Below are positions 46,727 through 57,249 of a stretch of 64,000 bases of DNA, piece after piece. The notes beneath the pieces are model-generated. The model saw only the letters and a program-made list of their open reading frames with translations. It made no database searches and had not been told where the DNA came from. Within the stretch, counting starts at the first letter, position 1, and each line of letters begins with the position of its first letter. This DNA comes from a bacterium. GTDB taxonomy: Bacteria; SZUA-182; DTGQ01. Both the position numbers and the translations under genes were made by a program. The stretch is taken from assembly GCA_023512255.1 (NCBI GenBank), contig JAILZY010000006.1:13585-77584 (forward strand). The letters are read 5' to 3'.

Positions 46727-47392
46727 ATGCAAGCATCCAGATTAGTTGAGTCAGCGATTTCTCCGCCGGTCAAGGAAATGGTCTCAAAACCAGACAGCCT
46801 AAACAAAGACGACTTTTTAAAGCTTCTCCTGGCTCAGATCCAGCACCAGGACCCTTTAAATCCTCTGAATAATACGGATTTTCTTGCTCAGTTGTCCCAG
46901 TTCAGCCAGCTTGAGCAAATCTACAACCTCAATCAGAGTTTTCAGACCCTAGCTGCGACTCAAAATTCCATTCGCGATTCCCTCCTGGCCAATCTTCTTG
47001 GGAAAACAGCCAGGGTGGAGGCATCAGAAATTTACCTCGACCATCAAAATAGCATCAACCTCAGCTATGAACTGATTGATTGGGCTGATAAGGTAACAAT
47101 TAATATCTACGATCCAGATGGTCATCTGGTTAGAACTATCGAAACTTCTAATCAGGATAGCGGAATGCAAAAGATTGTATGGGATGGTACTGATAATAAG
47201 GGGGTGAGACTGCCGGTAGGGAAATATACGGTTGAGATAACCGCCTATAGCCAAGGCGAATCAAGCTGGCTAACTCCCTATCTGATTGATCAGGTCAAGG
47301 AGGTTATCTTCTCTCAAGGGGGTGATCCTCTACTGCTGGTGGCGGATCAGGCTGTGCCTATCTCAAGTCTTGTGCAAATCAGCGGACAGTGA
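46727..47392 (+). CDS. flgD: Flagellar hook capping protein FlgD
   Basis: DFLKLLLAQIQHQDPLNP, AQLSQFSQLEQ, WDGTD. Confidence 0.95.
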   Translation: MQASRLVESAISPPVKEMVSKPDSLNKDDFLKLLLAQIQHQDPLNPLNNTDFLAQLSQFSQLEQIYNLNQSFQTLAATQNSIRDSLLANLLGKTARVEASEIYLDHQNSINLSYELIDWADKVTINIYDPDGHLVRTIETSNQDSGMQKIVWDGTDNKGVRLPVGKYTVEITAYSQGESSWLTPYLIDQVKEVIFSQGGDPLLLVADQAVPISSLVQISGQ

Positions 47393-47479
47393 TCTTAGAG
47401 ACAGTGATCTTACAAGCAATTAAGCAAGCGGTTAAGCTCAAAGTGACCCTTCGTTAAGAAGCTTTAAGGAGGAAGTGAT

Positions 47480-48676
47480 ATGCTCGGTTGCCTATCAACA
47501 GGAGTCAGCGGTTTAAGCGCCAGTAACAGCGATATGTCCATCATCGCCAACAACATCGCCAATGTCAATACCCCTGGCTATAAAGCCAGGCGGGCGGAAT
47601 TTGCCGATCTTCTCTCTCAACAGACCGGAAATATGGAAATTGGAACCGGAGTAGCGATCAGCAATGTCTCTTCGGTCTTAAGTCAGGGGCCACTGACCGC
47701 CACCAGCAATATATACGATCTGGCTATCGACGGGGCCGGCTTCTTCGTGGTGAAGGACGATCGCGGCCTATTTTATACTAGGGCCGGCCAATTCCATAAG
47801 GATAAAGAGGGCAAACTAGTTACTCCCAAAGGCCAGGTAGTTCAGGGCTGGATGCTCCAAGAAGGAGGAGGAGGTATGGTCGGCTCTCCCTCGGATATTG
47901 TCATTTCCAATGTCTCGATTCCCCCAAAGGCTACCGAAAATGTTACTATGAGCGTAAATCTTGATTCCAACACGCCGCTTTCGGCTGGAGCAGCTTTTGA
48001 TCCGCAAGATCCTTCAAGCACTTCCAGCTACTCCACCTCTTTGTCATTTTTTGATTCTCTCGGCAACAGGCATGATCTCACCTTCTACTTCCGCAAGCAG
48101 GCTGAAAATCAATGGGAATGGCATGCCTTCGAAGGCGGAACTTCGCTTGAGCAAAGCGGCACTTTGAGCTTTACTGCTGAGGGAGTTTTGGATAGTACCA
48201 CGCCAGGCACCGGCAAGGTTACTTTCGGCAGGCAGGTGATTAATGTCGATTTTAGGGGATCGACCCAATTTGCCGCTGACTCCTCCACCACTGCTCTTTC
48301 CCAGGATGGCTATGAGGCAGGCTCTTTAAGCCGGATCTCGATCACTAGGGAGGGGATCATTCAAGGGACCTTCACCAATGGCTACTCCAAGGACATAGCC
48401 CGCATCGCTCTGGCCGATTTTAATAATCCCGATGGTCTGGTGCATATGGGGAATAACCTCTATCAGGCTAGTGCTGAGTCAGGCCAGCCAATCATTAATC
48501 CACCAGGGACAGGAGGGATGGGAAACATTGCCGCCTATAGTCTGGAAAATTCGAATGTTGACCTTGCGGCTGAATTCGTGAAGATGATTGTTACCCAGCG
48601 AGCCTTCCAGGCCAATGCCCGAACTATCACTACGGCTGATCAACTGCTGGCCGAGCTGGTGAGCCTGAAACGGTAG
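47480..48676 (+). CDS. flgE: Flagellar hook protein FlgE
   Basis: IANNIANVNTPGYK, DLAIDGAGFF, YTRAGQF, LENSNVDLA. Confidence 0.95.
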   Translation: MLGCLSTGVSGLSASNSDMSIIANNIANVNTPGYKARRAEFADLLSQQTGNMEIGTGVAISNVSSVLSQGPLTATSNIYDLAIDGAGFFVVKDDRGLFYTRAGQFHKDKEGKLVTPKGQVVQGWMLQEGGGGMVGSPSDIVISNVSIPPKATENVTMSVNLDSNTPLSAGAAFDPQDPSSTSSYSTSLSFFDSLGNRHDLTFYFRKQAENQWEWHAFEGGTSLEQSGTLSFTAEGVLDSTTPGTGKVTFGRQVINVDFRGSTQFAADSSTTALSQDGYEAGSLSRISITREGIIQGTFTNGYSKDIARIALADFNNPDGLVHMGNNLYQASAESGQPIINPPGTGGMGNIAAYSLENSNVDLAAEFVKMIVTQRAFQANARTITTADQLLAELVSLKR

Positions 48677-48754
48677 CCGCTATTCACCCTACTTATCCGC
48701 AAAGAGCCAAGCCCATGAATAATCAGGCATTAACAATCAGGAGAGAGCAAGCTT

Positions 48755-49447
48755 ATGAATATCGGGATGTATCGGGCCGTAGCTGGCTGCATTGTTCAAC
48801 AAGAGCGACTTGATGCCGCTAGCATGAACATGGCCAATAGCAGCACTATCGGCTACAAAGCCATTCGCCTTAGCGTGGGATTCAACAACGATGTCGTCCA
48901 GGTGGATAGAAAAAGCATCGACTTTACCGAGGGGGGAAGGCAGGATACCAGGAATAAGTTAGATCTTGCCCTCGACGGCGATGGTTTTTTCGTTGTCCAG
49001 ACCAGCCGAGGGCCTGCCTACACTAGAAAAGGGAATTTTTCCCTAAATGCCCAAGGTGAGCTGGTTACTCAGGAAGGAATGCCGGTTCTCGGACAAAATG
49101 GACCGGTGAAGATCACAGGCCATGATATCCACATCAGCGCTGACGGAACGATTCGGGCTGATGGCCGCAGGGTGGATAAATTGCGTTTGGCTACTTTTCG
49201 CAGGCCCTATCCCTTTGATACTAGAAGCGGGAGCCTGTTCTTTCCAGATCCGGCGACAGGAGCACAGGAAGAGCCAGCCAAGGGAGCAGTGGTCCAGCAG
49301 GGCCAAATTGAGCTCTCTAATGTCAACCTGATGAAGGAGATGGTTCGGCTGATCGAGATCTCGACCAGTTATGAGTCATGCCAGAAGGTTATTCAGACTG
49401 TGGATGAGATGGACCAAAAGATAATCAATGAAACCAATAAGATGTAA
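48755..49447 (+). CDS. flgF: Flagellar rod protein FlgF
   Basis: NMANSSTIGYK, DLALDGDGFF, YTRKGNF, LSNVN; precedes flgG. Confidence 0.88.
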   Translation: MNIGMYRAVAGCIVQQERLDAASMNMANSSTIGYKAIRLSVGFNNDVVQVDRKSIDFTEGGRQDTRNKLDLALDGDGFFVVQTSRGPAYTRKGNFSLNAQGELVTQEGMPVLGQNGPVKITGHDIHISADGTIRADGRRVDKLRLATFRRPYPFDTRSGSLFFPDPATGAQEEPAKGAVVQQGQIELSNVNLMKEMVRLIEISTSYESCQKVIQTVDEMDQKIINETNKM

Positions 49448-49536
49448 TCATAAGATGAGCTCTATCAGAGCTTGAGGTGAAGGGCAAAAAAAATATTATG
49501 ACTGACTGAAAAACTGGCAGATTTCGAATAAATAGT

Positions 49537-49649
49537 CGCTCTTATTTATTAGCTACCATTAAAGAGACATAACCCTAATAAGAGCTAAGCCCCTTTCTAG
49601 GGTTTATGGTTGTTCTAATATAGGGTTTATGGTGTCTGATATAAGAGCG
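49537..49649 (+). mobile_element. MITE copy 3 (113 bp) between flgF and flgG
   Basis: cgctcttat...ataagagcg with an exact 8-bp target duplication taaatagt (49529-49536, 49650-49657). Confidence 0.93.
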
Positions 49650-49677
49650 TAAATAGTACAAGGAAGGAGCATAAGAT

Positions 49678-50466
49678 ATGATTCGCTCTCTATGGATCTC
49701 AGCTTCCGGCATGGAAGCCCAAACACTCAATATTGATGTCATTTCCAATAATCTAGCTAATGTCAACACTACGGGTTTTAAGCGTAGCCGAGCTGATTTT
49801 CAAGATCTTCTCTATCAAACTCTTCGACCTGCCGGAGCCTCTTCTTCTTTGGGTACCCAGGTCCCTACCGGCATCGAGCTAGGGCAGGGAGCCCGAGCAG
49901 TGGCTGTTCAAAAGCTCTTCCTTCAAGGGGATTACCAGAAAACAGAGAATGAGCTTGATTTGGCTATCGAAGGAGATGGCTTTTTCCAGGTCATCAAACC
50001 AAACGGCGAGATGGCCTATACCCGCTCAGGCGCCTTGAAATTGGACAGCCAGGGCAGGCTGGTAACCTCTGACGGATTCCCAATCGCCCCTGAGATCACC
50101 ATTCCTGCTGATACGGAGAAAATCAACATCGGCTCAGATGGTCTGGTTTCAGTTAAACTGGCTGGCCAGGAGAGCTTTACTGAGCTTGGGAGCATCGAGC
50201 TGGTGAATTTTCCAAACCCATCCGGCCTGAGCAGTATTGGCCGCAATCTCTATGAGAGAACAGGTGCCTCGGGCGATCCGGTTGCCGGCACCCCTGGCCA
50301 GGATGGCTTAGGGACCATTGCTCAAGGGTATCTTGAGATGTCGAACGTCAGCATCATGGAGGAGATGGTCAATATGATCATTGCCCAGAGGGCCTATGAG
50401 GTCAATTCCAAGGCCATGCAGACCGCAGATGAAATGATGCGCCTGGCTAGCAATGTGAAGAGATGA
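49678..50466 (+). CDS. flgG: Flagellar distal rod protein FlgG
   Basis: [30 protein letters not shown]. Confidence 0.97.
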   Translation: MIRSLWISASGMEAQTLNIDVISNNLANVNTTGFKRSRADFQDLLYQTLRPAGASSSLGTQVPTGIELGQGARAVAVQKLFLQGDYQKTENELDLAIEGDGFFQVIKPNGEMAYTRSGALKLDSQGRLVTSDGFPIAPEITIPADTEKINIGSDGLVSVKLAGQESFTELGSIELVNFPNPSGLSSIGRNLYERTGASGDPVAGTPGQDGLGTIAQGYLEMSNVSIMEEMVNMIIAQRAYEVNSKAMQTADEMMRLASNVKR

Positions 50467-51548
50467 TGAAGACCGGTAGGGCAAAAAAAATCAATAGCGG
50501 ATCAGGCAAGAGGCTGGCCGCGGCCAGCAGCCTGTTTTTGCTGATTCTGCTGCTTGCGCTTTGGCCAGAATATGGTCGAGCAGTGCAGGCAGATGAGCCG
50601 CCTGCGGACAAAAGCCGCGTTGCAGATAAAAATTGGGCTACAGCCGTAATCCTCAAGGATCGGTGGGCCGCAGAGCGTGATGATGAGGTTCTGCTTGGCG
50701 ATATCGCCCGGCTTCAGGGGAGTGATGCAGCCCTGATCGAGGAGTTAAGCCGCATTCCGGTGGGAAGACCACCCCGGGCGGGCACCGCGGCCACTGTCGT
50801 TACCCTTCAGGGGATCAGGCACCTGCTCAGGAGATCTCTTCCGACAGATATTTTTGTCAAAATTGCTTTTTCCGGCTCTGATCGCTGTCTGATTGAGCGA
50901 GCCTATCGGGAGATTGAGGCCGCCGAGATAGAGCGGCTTTTCAGGGAGTGGTTTTCGGAGCGCTTTTCCAGGCAGGAATTTGAACTTGAGCGGGTCAGGG
51001 TTTTTCTCACTCAGCCGGTGAAAGTGCCAGATGGAGGAGAGATCAACTATGAGGTTCATAACCCTGAGCCTCCAAGCAGACAGGAGGAAACTTTCCTCTT
51101 CAGGATCTCCCATAGGGAAGATCTGATCAGACAAATCAGGATTCTGGCCACAATCGGCTATCGGGCCACCATGCTGGTAGCTGCAAAAGATCTGGCCAAA
51201 GGCGAGGTGATCAGCCCGGCTAAGGTGATCGAAAAAGCCGTAATCCTCCGCAATCGTCCCGATCCTGAGCAAGCGGTTGATCCTAGCCGAATCATAGGCC
51301 TGGTTTGCCGCCAGCCAATCCGAGCGGGAAGTGAACTAACCCTCAAGATGCTCGATCAGCCCATTTTGATCAGAAAGGGAGCGATCATCAAAATGGTGCT
51401 CGAGAGCAATAACCTTCGAATTATCGGCCTTGGGAGGGCCAGGGCTGACGGGCGGCAGGGGGAGATCATCCGGGCTGAAAACCTGAGTTCGCAGGGGGAT
51501 GTGTATGGAAAAGTCGTTAGTGAAAATCAGATTTTGGTTAGTTTTTAA
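50463..51548 (+). CDS. flgA: Flagellar P-ring formation chaperone FlgA
   Basis: Signal peptide, SAF-like region ([12 protein letters not shown]), [20 protein letters not shown]. Confidence 0.88.
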   Translation: MMKTGRAKKINSGSGKRLAAASSLFLLILLLALWPEYGRAVQADEPPADKSRVADKNWATAVILKDRWAAERDDEVLLGDIARLQGSDAALIEELSRIPVGRPPRAGTAATVVTLQGIRHLLRRSLPTDIFVKIAFSGSDRCLIERAYREIEAAEIERLFREWFSERFSRQEFELERVRVFLTQPVKVPDGGEINYEVHNPEPPSRQEETFLFRISHREDLIRQIRILATIGYRATMLVAAKDLAKGEVISPAKVIEKAVILRNRPDPEQAVDPSRIIGLVCRQPIRAGSELTLKMLDQPILIRKGAIIKMVLESNNLRIIGLGRARADGRQGEIIRAENLSSQGDVYGKVVSENQILVSF

Positions 51549-52287
51549 GGCTATCTGCGGCCTGTGGCTAGCTTGCATCCTAGGGATGTCTGCCGGGGGA
51601 TGTAGCGGAATCATCAAAAAGTCAGGCCAGGGGCTGGAGAATGGTGCAGCCTTGGATTTGTCCCAGCAGGAGGATGATTCGGCAGCTTCTAAAAAGTGCA
51701 CCCCCTCGGCAACATCGGCAAGCAGCAATGGCTCCCTCTGGAGCGATTCATCGTCCGCAGGGTATCTATTTGTCGATCCAAGGGCTCGGGCCGTAGGAGA
51801 TATCGTTACCGTAAACATTGTAGAGCGGGCCAGTGCCAGCGGCAACGCCAGCACCAAAGCAGGAAGAAAATCATCAGTGTCGGCAGATGTTACCTCGCTC
51901 CTTGGACTTGAAAAATCCGCAGCCAGCCGAAACCCCAATCTTGACCCAACTAACCTGCTGAGCGCATCAGCCAGCAACAGCTTTGATGGCTCAGGAGAAA
52001 TTAGCCGAAGCGGCAGGGTCAGCGCTACCCTCAGCGCACGGGTCATTCGGGTTCTGCCTAACCGTAATTTGCTCATCCGAGGCACCAGACAAGTAACTAT
52101 CAATAACGAGCAGCAGCTTATTGTCATCCAAGGCATTATCCGACCCGAAGATATCGCCCCGGATAATACCGTATCCTCAACCTCTATCGCCGATGCCCAA
52201 ATAGCCTATACAGGCAGGGGCGTGATGAGCGAAAAACAGCATCCAGGCTGGCTGAGTAGGATCATTGATCTGGTTTGGCCGTTTTAA
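51499..52287 (+). CDS. flgH: Flagellar L-ring lipoprotein FlgH (start uncertain)
   Basis: Lipobox AGGC, RARAVGDIVTV, GIIRPEDI, GWLSRIIDLVWPF. Confidence 0.95.
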   Translation: MCMEKSLVKIRFWLVFKAICGLWLACILGMSAGGCSGIIKKSGQGLENGAALDLSQQEDDSAASKKCTPSATSASSNGSLWSDSSSAGYLFVDPRARAVGDIVTVNIVERASASGNASTKAGRKSSVSADVTSLLGLEKSAASRNPNLDPTNLLSASASNSFDGSGEISRSGRVSATLSARVIRVLPNRNLLIRGTRQVTINNEQQLIVIQGIIRPEDIAPDNTVSSTSIADAQIAYTGRGVMSEKQHPGWLSRIIDLVWPF

Positions 52288-52363
52288 AAACCCATCCTCC
52301 CAAAACTTTAATATCTTAAATATTAAAATTTTGGGAAAAGGGTTACAAATAAGGAGCATGACC

Positions 52364-53482
52364 ATGAGAATTGGCACAATCGCATCAACTCTCCTGTGCC
52401 CACTCATCATGAGCCTGGCCGGAGTCTGGCTCCCTGAATGTTGCCAGGCAAGTCGGATCAAAGACTTGGTCCATATCCAGGGCGTCAGGGAAAACCAGTT
52501 GATCGGCTATGGTCTGATCGTCGGTCTAAAGGGAACCGGAGACAAAGGGGGAGGCAAGTTCACCATCAATTCGCTGGCCAATATGCTGAGAAAGCTCGGA
52601 GTATCGGTTGATCCTGCTGAACTCAAGGTTAAAAATGTAGCCGCAGTCATTGTTACCGCTACCCTGCCTCCCTTTGCCAGACGGGGAGAGCGGATCGATG
52701 TAACTATCTCATCCCTAGGGGATGCTAGTAGTCTTCAGGGCGGCACACTGCTTTTGACCCCGCTTAAGGGAGCAGATGATCAGGTCTATGCCGTAGCTCA
52801 AGGACCTCTGTCAGTGGGTGGATTTGCCGCCGAAGGTGGAGCCGCAGGAGTGCAGAAAAATCACCCCACTGTAGCCAGAATCCCACAGGGAGCCTTGATC
52901 GAGCGGGAGGTCCCTTTTAGCCTCAATCCCCAAAGCCCCTTGATAATGACTCTTGATAGAGCAGATTTTGTAACCGCGGCCAGAATTGCTAAGAAAATTA
53001 ATGACACCCTAAATATGGACCTTGCCCATGCTCAGGATCCCCGAAGCATCAGCCTGACTATTCCCTCTCAGTTTCAAAAAAATCTGGTGGAACTTGTGGC
53101 CACTATTCAGGAGATTGAGGTCGAGCCAGATACCCAGGCTCGGGTAGTGATCAATGAGCGCACCGGCACCGTAGTGGTCGGCGAGAATGTCCGAATTTCC
53201 AGCGTGGCCATATCACACGGCAATCTGAGCATTGAAATTAAGGAAACTCAGCAGGTCTCTCAGCCCCCTCCCCTCTCGCCAGGAGAAACCCAAAAGGTTC
53301 CTCAAACAGATATCACTATCCATGAGGAGCGGGGAAATTTGATCCCTCTGCCAGCCAACACTACGGTTGGCGAGCTGGTCAGGGCACTGAATGCCATTGG
53401 GGTAAGCCCAAGAGACCTGATTGCCATCCTGCAATCCATCAGGGCCGCTGGAGCACTCCATGCAGAGTTGGAAATCATATAA
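52364..53482 (+). CDS. flgI: Flagellar P-ring protein FlgI
   Basis: SRIKDL, NQLIGYGLIVGL, SLQGGTLL, AGALHAEL. Confidence 0.97.
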   Translation: MRIGTIASTLLCPLIMSLAGVWLPECCQASRIKDLVHIQGVRENQLIGYGLIVGLKGTGDKGGGKFTINSLANMLRKLGVSVDPAELKVKNVAAVIVTATLPPFARRGERIDVTISSLGDASSLQGGTLLLTPLKGADDQVYAVAQGPLSVGGFAAEGGAAGVQKNHPTVARIPQGALIEREVPFSLNPQSPLIMTLDRADFVTAARIAKKINDTLNMDLAHAQDPRSISLTIPSQFQKNLVELVATIQEIEVEPDTQARVVINERTGTVVVGENVRISSVAISHGNLSIEIKETQQVSQPPPLSPGETQKVPQTDITIHEERGNLIPLPANTTVGELVRALNAIGVSPRDLIAILQSIRAAGALHAELEII

Positions 53483-53526
53483 CCCAAGATTGGAGATAAC
53501 TAACCCAAGATTGGAGATGACAAGCT

Positions 53527-53871
53527 ATGAACCCGATCGAAAACTTTAGCCTAACAAGATTCTGGCCGCCGCAGACACCCACCTGCTCGCTCGCCGCCGC
53601 AAGCCCCAGCGAGACCAAAGTGCGGCATTCGCAGCCGACACGATTTGAACTTGAGCAGGTTTGCACTGAATTTGCCTCCATCCTTTTTCAGACCCTCCTA
53701 AAAAGCATGTATTCCACCATCCCCAAAACATCGCTCTGCCCACAACTTGAGGCTAAGAATCTGGTTAACTCCTTCCTTGATCAGGGACTTGTCCGATTCA
53801 TGGCCCTGCAAAATGCAGCCGGCTTGAAAGACCTACTTATGGCTCAGATTACCAAGGCAGCCAAACCTTAA
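53527..53871 (+). CDS. flgJ: Short, single-domain FlgJ (rod-binding, no muramidase domain)
   Basis: LEQVCTEFASILFQTLLKSM resembles the FlgJ N-terminal domain; follows flgI. Confidence 0.7.
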   Translation: MNPIENFSLTRFWPPQTPTCSLAAASPSETKVRHSQPTRFELEQVCTEFASILFQTLLKSMYSTIPKTSLCPQLEAKNLVNSFLDQGLVRFMALQNAAGLKDLLMAQITKAAKP

Positions 53872-54016
53872 CTCTTTCTTCATTTAGCAAGATAGCCGCA
53901 AGATCTTATCCTTCCAAAATACAATATCTTCCGATCTATTAAATCATTTTGAAATTTAATAAATAATTAAAATAATATTAATTTAATAATTACCAAAATT
54001 TAATAACTATATTTAC

Positions 54017-54046
54017 TTGACTTTTTAAGACTAAATAAATTAAAAT
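54017..54046 (+). promoter_or_regulatory. Candidate sigma-70 promoter (TTGACT-N18-TAAAAT)
   Basis: Motif lies in a very AT-rich tract upstream of the lipoprotein gene; a chance match is possible. Confidence 0.3.
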
Positions 54047-54160
54047 AATATTAAGATAAAATTAGATCAATTTACTTAAATAAAAAATTATATTAACATA
54101 TTGATATATATTTTTATTGATGAATTTTTATTCATGAATATTGACAAAGGAGTATATATC

Positions 54161-55534
54161 GTGGTGCGAAAGACTAAAACTACTGTATTGATAAGGACCG
54201 CTGTATTGATCATACTATGTGTAGGCTTATGGTTTCTTCATGGATGCAAGAGCGAAGAGGATCAAGATGTAAGCAAAAAAAGTGATTATCATGATATTGG
54301 CACAGGCGATAATACAGGCAATAATAATAGCTTGTCTCAAGCCAATAATGTCCCGCCCGCGGTCCATATAGATCGGCCTCTTCAGGGCAGCACCTTCACA
54401 GAAGGCGATTCTGCTGCCCTCATAACCGGGATTGGTAAAGACCAAGAAGATGGGCCCCTGGCCGACAATTCACTTCAGTGGTGGGTATCAAAATGGTGGA
54501 GCTCAAATCAATGGTCGGGATCAGATGTAGATGACGATGGCAGAAACCCTCTGGCTTGGGGCCCATCCTTTTCTCCAGGCAATCTATCATCTGGTCAATA
54601 CATCATTACCCTGATAGCAGCGGATAGTGCTGGGTTAAGCTCAAGTGATTCGATCAATATCAGGATCTGCTCAAAATGCGATGCTGACTCCCAGCAGCCC
54701 CAAGGCCAAAACCAAAAAGCCAATGTTGTGGTGCACGGGATAATAAACCGGCTCATGGATGATCAAGGCTACCTTGTGCTCCTTGGTGAGCTGAAAAACA
54801 TTGGCTGCCGGGATGCGACCTTTTGCAAAATAACCTTTACCCTGCTGGATAGCTCGCTTCAACCTATTGGAGACCCTGTATTCGCCTATGTACATGGTAC
54901 AAACAAAACCATAACCCAACAGGATGTTGAAAATAATGCTATTCTTGAGCCAGGGGTTTGCGGTGGGTTTTACCTGTCTACGAATGTGCCCGATGAAAGT
55001 GTTTCATTATATGAGTATAAGATTAGCTATCGAGGAGATGAGACCTCTTCTCCTGGTGCCGATTTGGTGGTCGATTACCCGATAGAGCCTGGTGCCAATG
55101 AGACAGATGGTTTTCTGAAGCTGTCAGGTAGAGTAAGGAACAGGGGAAGCAAAACAGCCCTGTTTAGCCAGATAACTTTTATCTTAAAGGATCGCAATGA
55201 TATGGTTATTGACGTAATCAGTGCGGATATTCAAGGCTCATTTGTTTATTTGCCGGATATTTATGCTTATACCGATACAGCCGTGCTGGCTGGAAAAACA
55301 GGAGTCTTTACCGCCCAGTCAATAAGGCTCTATCCCAATGAAGTGGACTTTGATCGAAGCTACTACACCCTAGCCTGGCGAGACTGCCAAAAAACAATAT
55401 CTTCTAGAGCCTCACGGCAGCGAGGAGGTGGCTTGAGCGCTTTTGCCAAAACTTCCACCGCCCTCTGCCACGATCCTGGCCAAGCATGTCGAGAGCGAGA
55501 CAAAAAAATTGATGAGTTGGCAGAAAAAATGTGA
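54161..55534 (+). CDS. Lipoprotein with an Ig/PKD-like domain and two FxLYD-like domains
   Basis: GTG start after AAAGGAG; lipobox LHGC. Two units of the type GELKNIG...ITFTLLD and GRVRNRG...ITFILKD. Confidence 0.7.
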   Translation: MVRKTKTTVLIRTAVLIILCVGLWFLHGCKSEEDQDVSKKSDYHDIGTGDNTGNNNSLSQANNVPPAVHIDRPLQGSTFTEGDSAALITGIGKDQEDGPLADNSLQWWVSKWWSSNQWSGSDVDDDGRNPLAWGPSFSPGNLSSGQYIITLIAADSAGLSSSDSINIRICSKCDADSQQPQGQNQKANVVVHGIINRLMDDQGYLVLLGELKNIGCRDATFCKITFTLLDSSLQPIGDPVFAYVHGTNKTITQQDVENNAILEPGVCGGFYLSTNVPDESVSLYEYKISYRGDETSSPGADLVVDYPIEPGANETDGFLKLSGRVRNRGSKTALFSQITFILKDRNDMVIDVISADIQGSFVYLPDIYAYTDTAVLAGKTGVFTAQSIRLYPNEVDFDRSYYTLAWRDCQKTISSRASRQRGGGLSAFAKTSTALCHDPGQACRERDKKIDELAEKM

Positions 55535-55608
55535 AAATTGAGCCAAAAGCACTAAAAAGCACTAAGGCTAGACCGTCTGCCCTGGCTAGGGAAGCAAGCC
55601 CTAAAGGC

Positions 55609-56478
55609 TTAAGCAGCCGCTCTCGCGTAAATCTTGCCGCCAATCAGGATCAGGCTGGCCGTCGCGGTCAAGAGGATGGCAAAATCGGCTCCCAGCCTTG
55701 AGGGTGAGGCAGGCATTTTTCCAGCCAGCATCAGGATGCGAAGCGCATCCACCTCGTAGGTCAGTGGATTGATTTTGGCTATTGCCCTAAGCCAGCGGGG
55801 CATCATCGAAATTGGATAGATGGCGTTACTGGCAAAAAAAAGCGGCATGGTCAGAATCTGGCCTATGCCCATAAAGCGCTCACGGGTTTTAACTAGACAG
55901 GCAATAATCAGGGAGAAGGTTGAGAAAAAGGCTGCGCCGAGGATGACGATGATCACGACACCCAAGAGGGCCAGCGGTGTCCAGTTTATTTTCACCCCCA
56001 GGATGAAAGCCAGAAGATAAATGATCACCGCCTGGGCCAGGCTGCGCACACCGGCAGCTAGCGCTTTTCCCAGCACCAGGGCCGGCCGTGGGGTAGGAGA
56101 GGCCAAAAATTTGTGAATGATCCCTAAATCTCTCTCCCAGATAATGGCGATGCCGTAGAAAATAGAGATAAAAAGGACGCTTTGAGCCAGAATACCAGGG
56201 GTCATGAAGTCAAGATAGCACAAGCCTGGCGTAGGGATAACCCGACTATGGGTGAATACCTGTCCGAATACCAAAAGCCACAATAGCGGCTGAACAGCTC
56301 GCATGATAAGCTCGGTTGGATCATGGAGGATTTTCCTGACCTCAAAGCCAGCTATGGTGAATGTCTTGCTCAGAAACCGAATGATCGGCATGATGAGTGG
56401 TCCGGTCCAAGAAAGCCCTGGCCCCAAGAAATTACTAGCCAAGTCGCTTGGCAGTGCGCCGTGTTCTTGAGGTTTCAC
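55609..56478 (-). CDS. ABC-2 type exporter permease (DrrB-like)
   Basis: AVQPLLWLLVFG, WERDLG, PLFFASNAIYP, NPLTY. GTG start at 56478 follows GGAGG. Confidence 0.9.
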   Translation of the reverse strand: MKPQEHGALPSDLASNFLGPGLSWTGPLIMPIIRFLSKTFTIAGFEVRKILHDPTELIMRAVQPLLWLLVFGQVFTHSRVIPTPGLCYLDFMTPGILAQSVLFISIFYGIAIIWERDLGIIHKFLASPTPRPALVLGKALAAGVRSLAQAVIIYLLAFILGVKINWTPLALLGVVIIVILGAAFFSTFSLIIACLVKTRERFMGIGQILTMPLFFASNAIYPISMMPRWLRAIAKINPLTYEVDALRILMLAGKMPASPSRLGADFAILLTATASLILIGGKIYARAAA

Positions 56479-57235
56479 GGTAGCCGCCTCCTCCTGATTC
56501 CAATGCCTGACCCGTATAGTGGGCAAAGACATCATTTAGGGTGGCTCCATCCGAGCCGATTGAGGCCTTAAGTTTAGCCGGACTGCCAAGAGCAACCATC
56601 CGGCCAAGGTGCATTACAGCCACTCGATTGCACAGAGCATCGGCCTCTTCCAGATAGTGAGTGGTCAGGAAAATTGTTGTGCCATAGGTAACCCGAAGCT
56701 TTTCAATGTGCTTCCAGACCGCGGTCCGGGCAAGAGGATCAAGCCCTACGGTCGGCTCATCCAGAAAGAGCAACCGAGGCCGGTGCAGCAAAGACTGGGC
56801 AATCTCAAGCCGTCTGATCATTCCTCCTGAGTAAGTGCGCACTAACTTGTTAGCCGCATCGGATAAGCCCATGAACGAGAGAGCCTCATCCACCCTGCTC
56901 TTTTGCTCTGAGCGGGGCAGATCATAGAGCTTGGCAAAAATGAGTAGATTCTCATAGCCGGTCAGGGAACCATCAGCAGATAAAACCTGCGGTACATAGC
57001 CGATCAGCCGCCGCACCTCAGAAGATTTGCGTATAAGGTCAAAGCCAGCTACTGTGGCTGTGCCCGATGTTGGTGAAAGCAGGGTGGTCAGCATCTTGAT
57101 GGCCGTACTCTTGCCCGCCCCATTTGGGCCAAGCAGCCCAAATACCTCACCAGCCTTTACGCAGATATTAAGACCATCTACCGCTATCATAGGGCCGAAG
57201 CGGCGAGTGAGTTTTTTTGTCTCCAGAATGATCAT
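56435..57235 (-). CDS. ABC exporter ATP-binding protein (DrrA/NodI-like)
   Basis: GPNGAGKST, YSGGMIRRL, LFLDEPT, TTHYLEEA. Confidence 0.95.
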   Translation of the reverse strand: MIILETKKLTRRFGPMIAVDGLNICVKAGEVFGLLGPNGAGKSTAIKMLTTLLSPTSGTATVAGFDLIRKSSEVRRLIGYVPQVLSADGSLTGYENLLIFAKLYDLPRSEQKSRVDEALSFMGLSDAANKLVRTYSGGMIRRLEIAQSLLHRPRLLFLDEPTVGLDPLARTAVWKHIEKLRVTYGTTIFLTTHYLEEADALCNRVAVMHLGRMVALGSPAKLKASIGSDGATLNDVFAHYTGQALESGGGGYRETSRTRRTAKRLG

Positions 57236-57249
57236 GATTTTTCCCCAGG

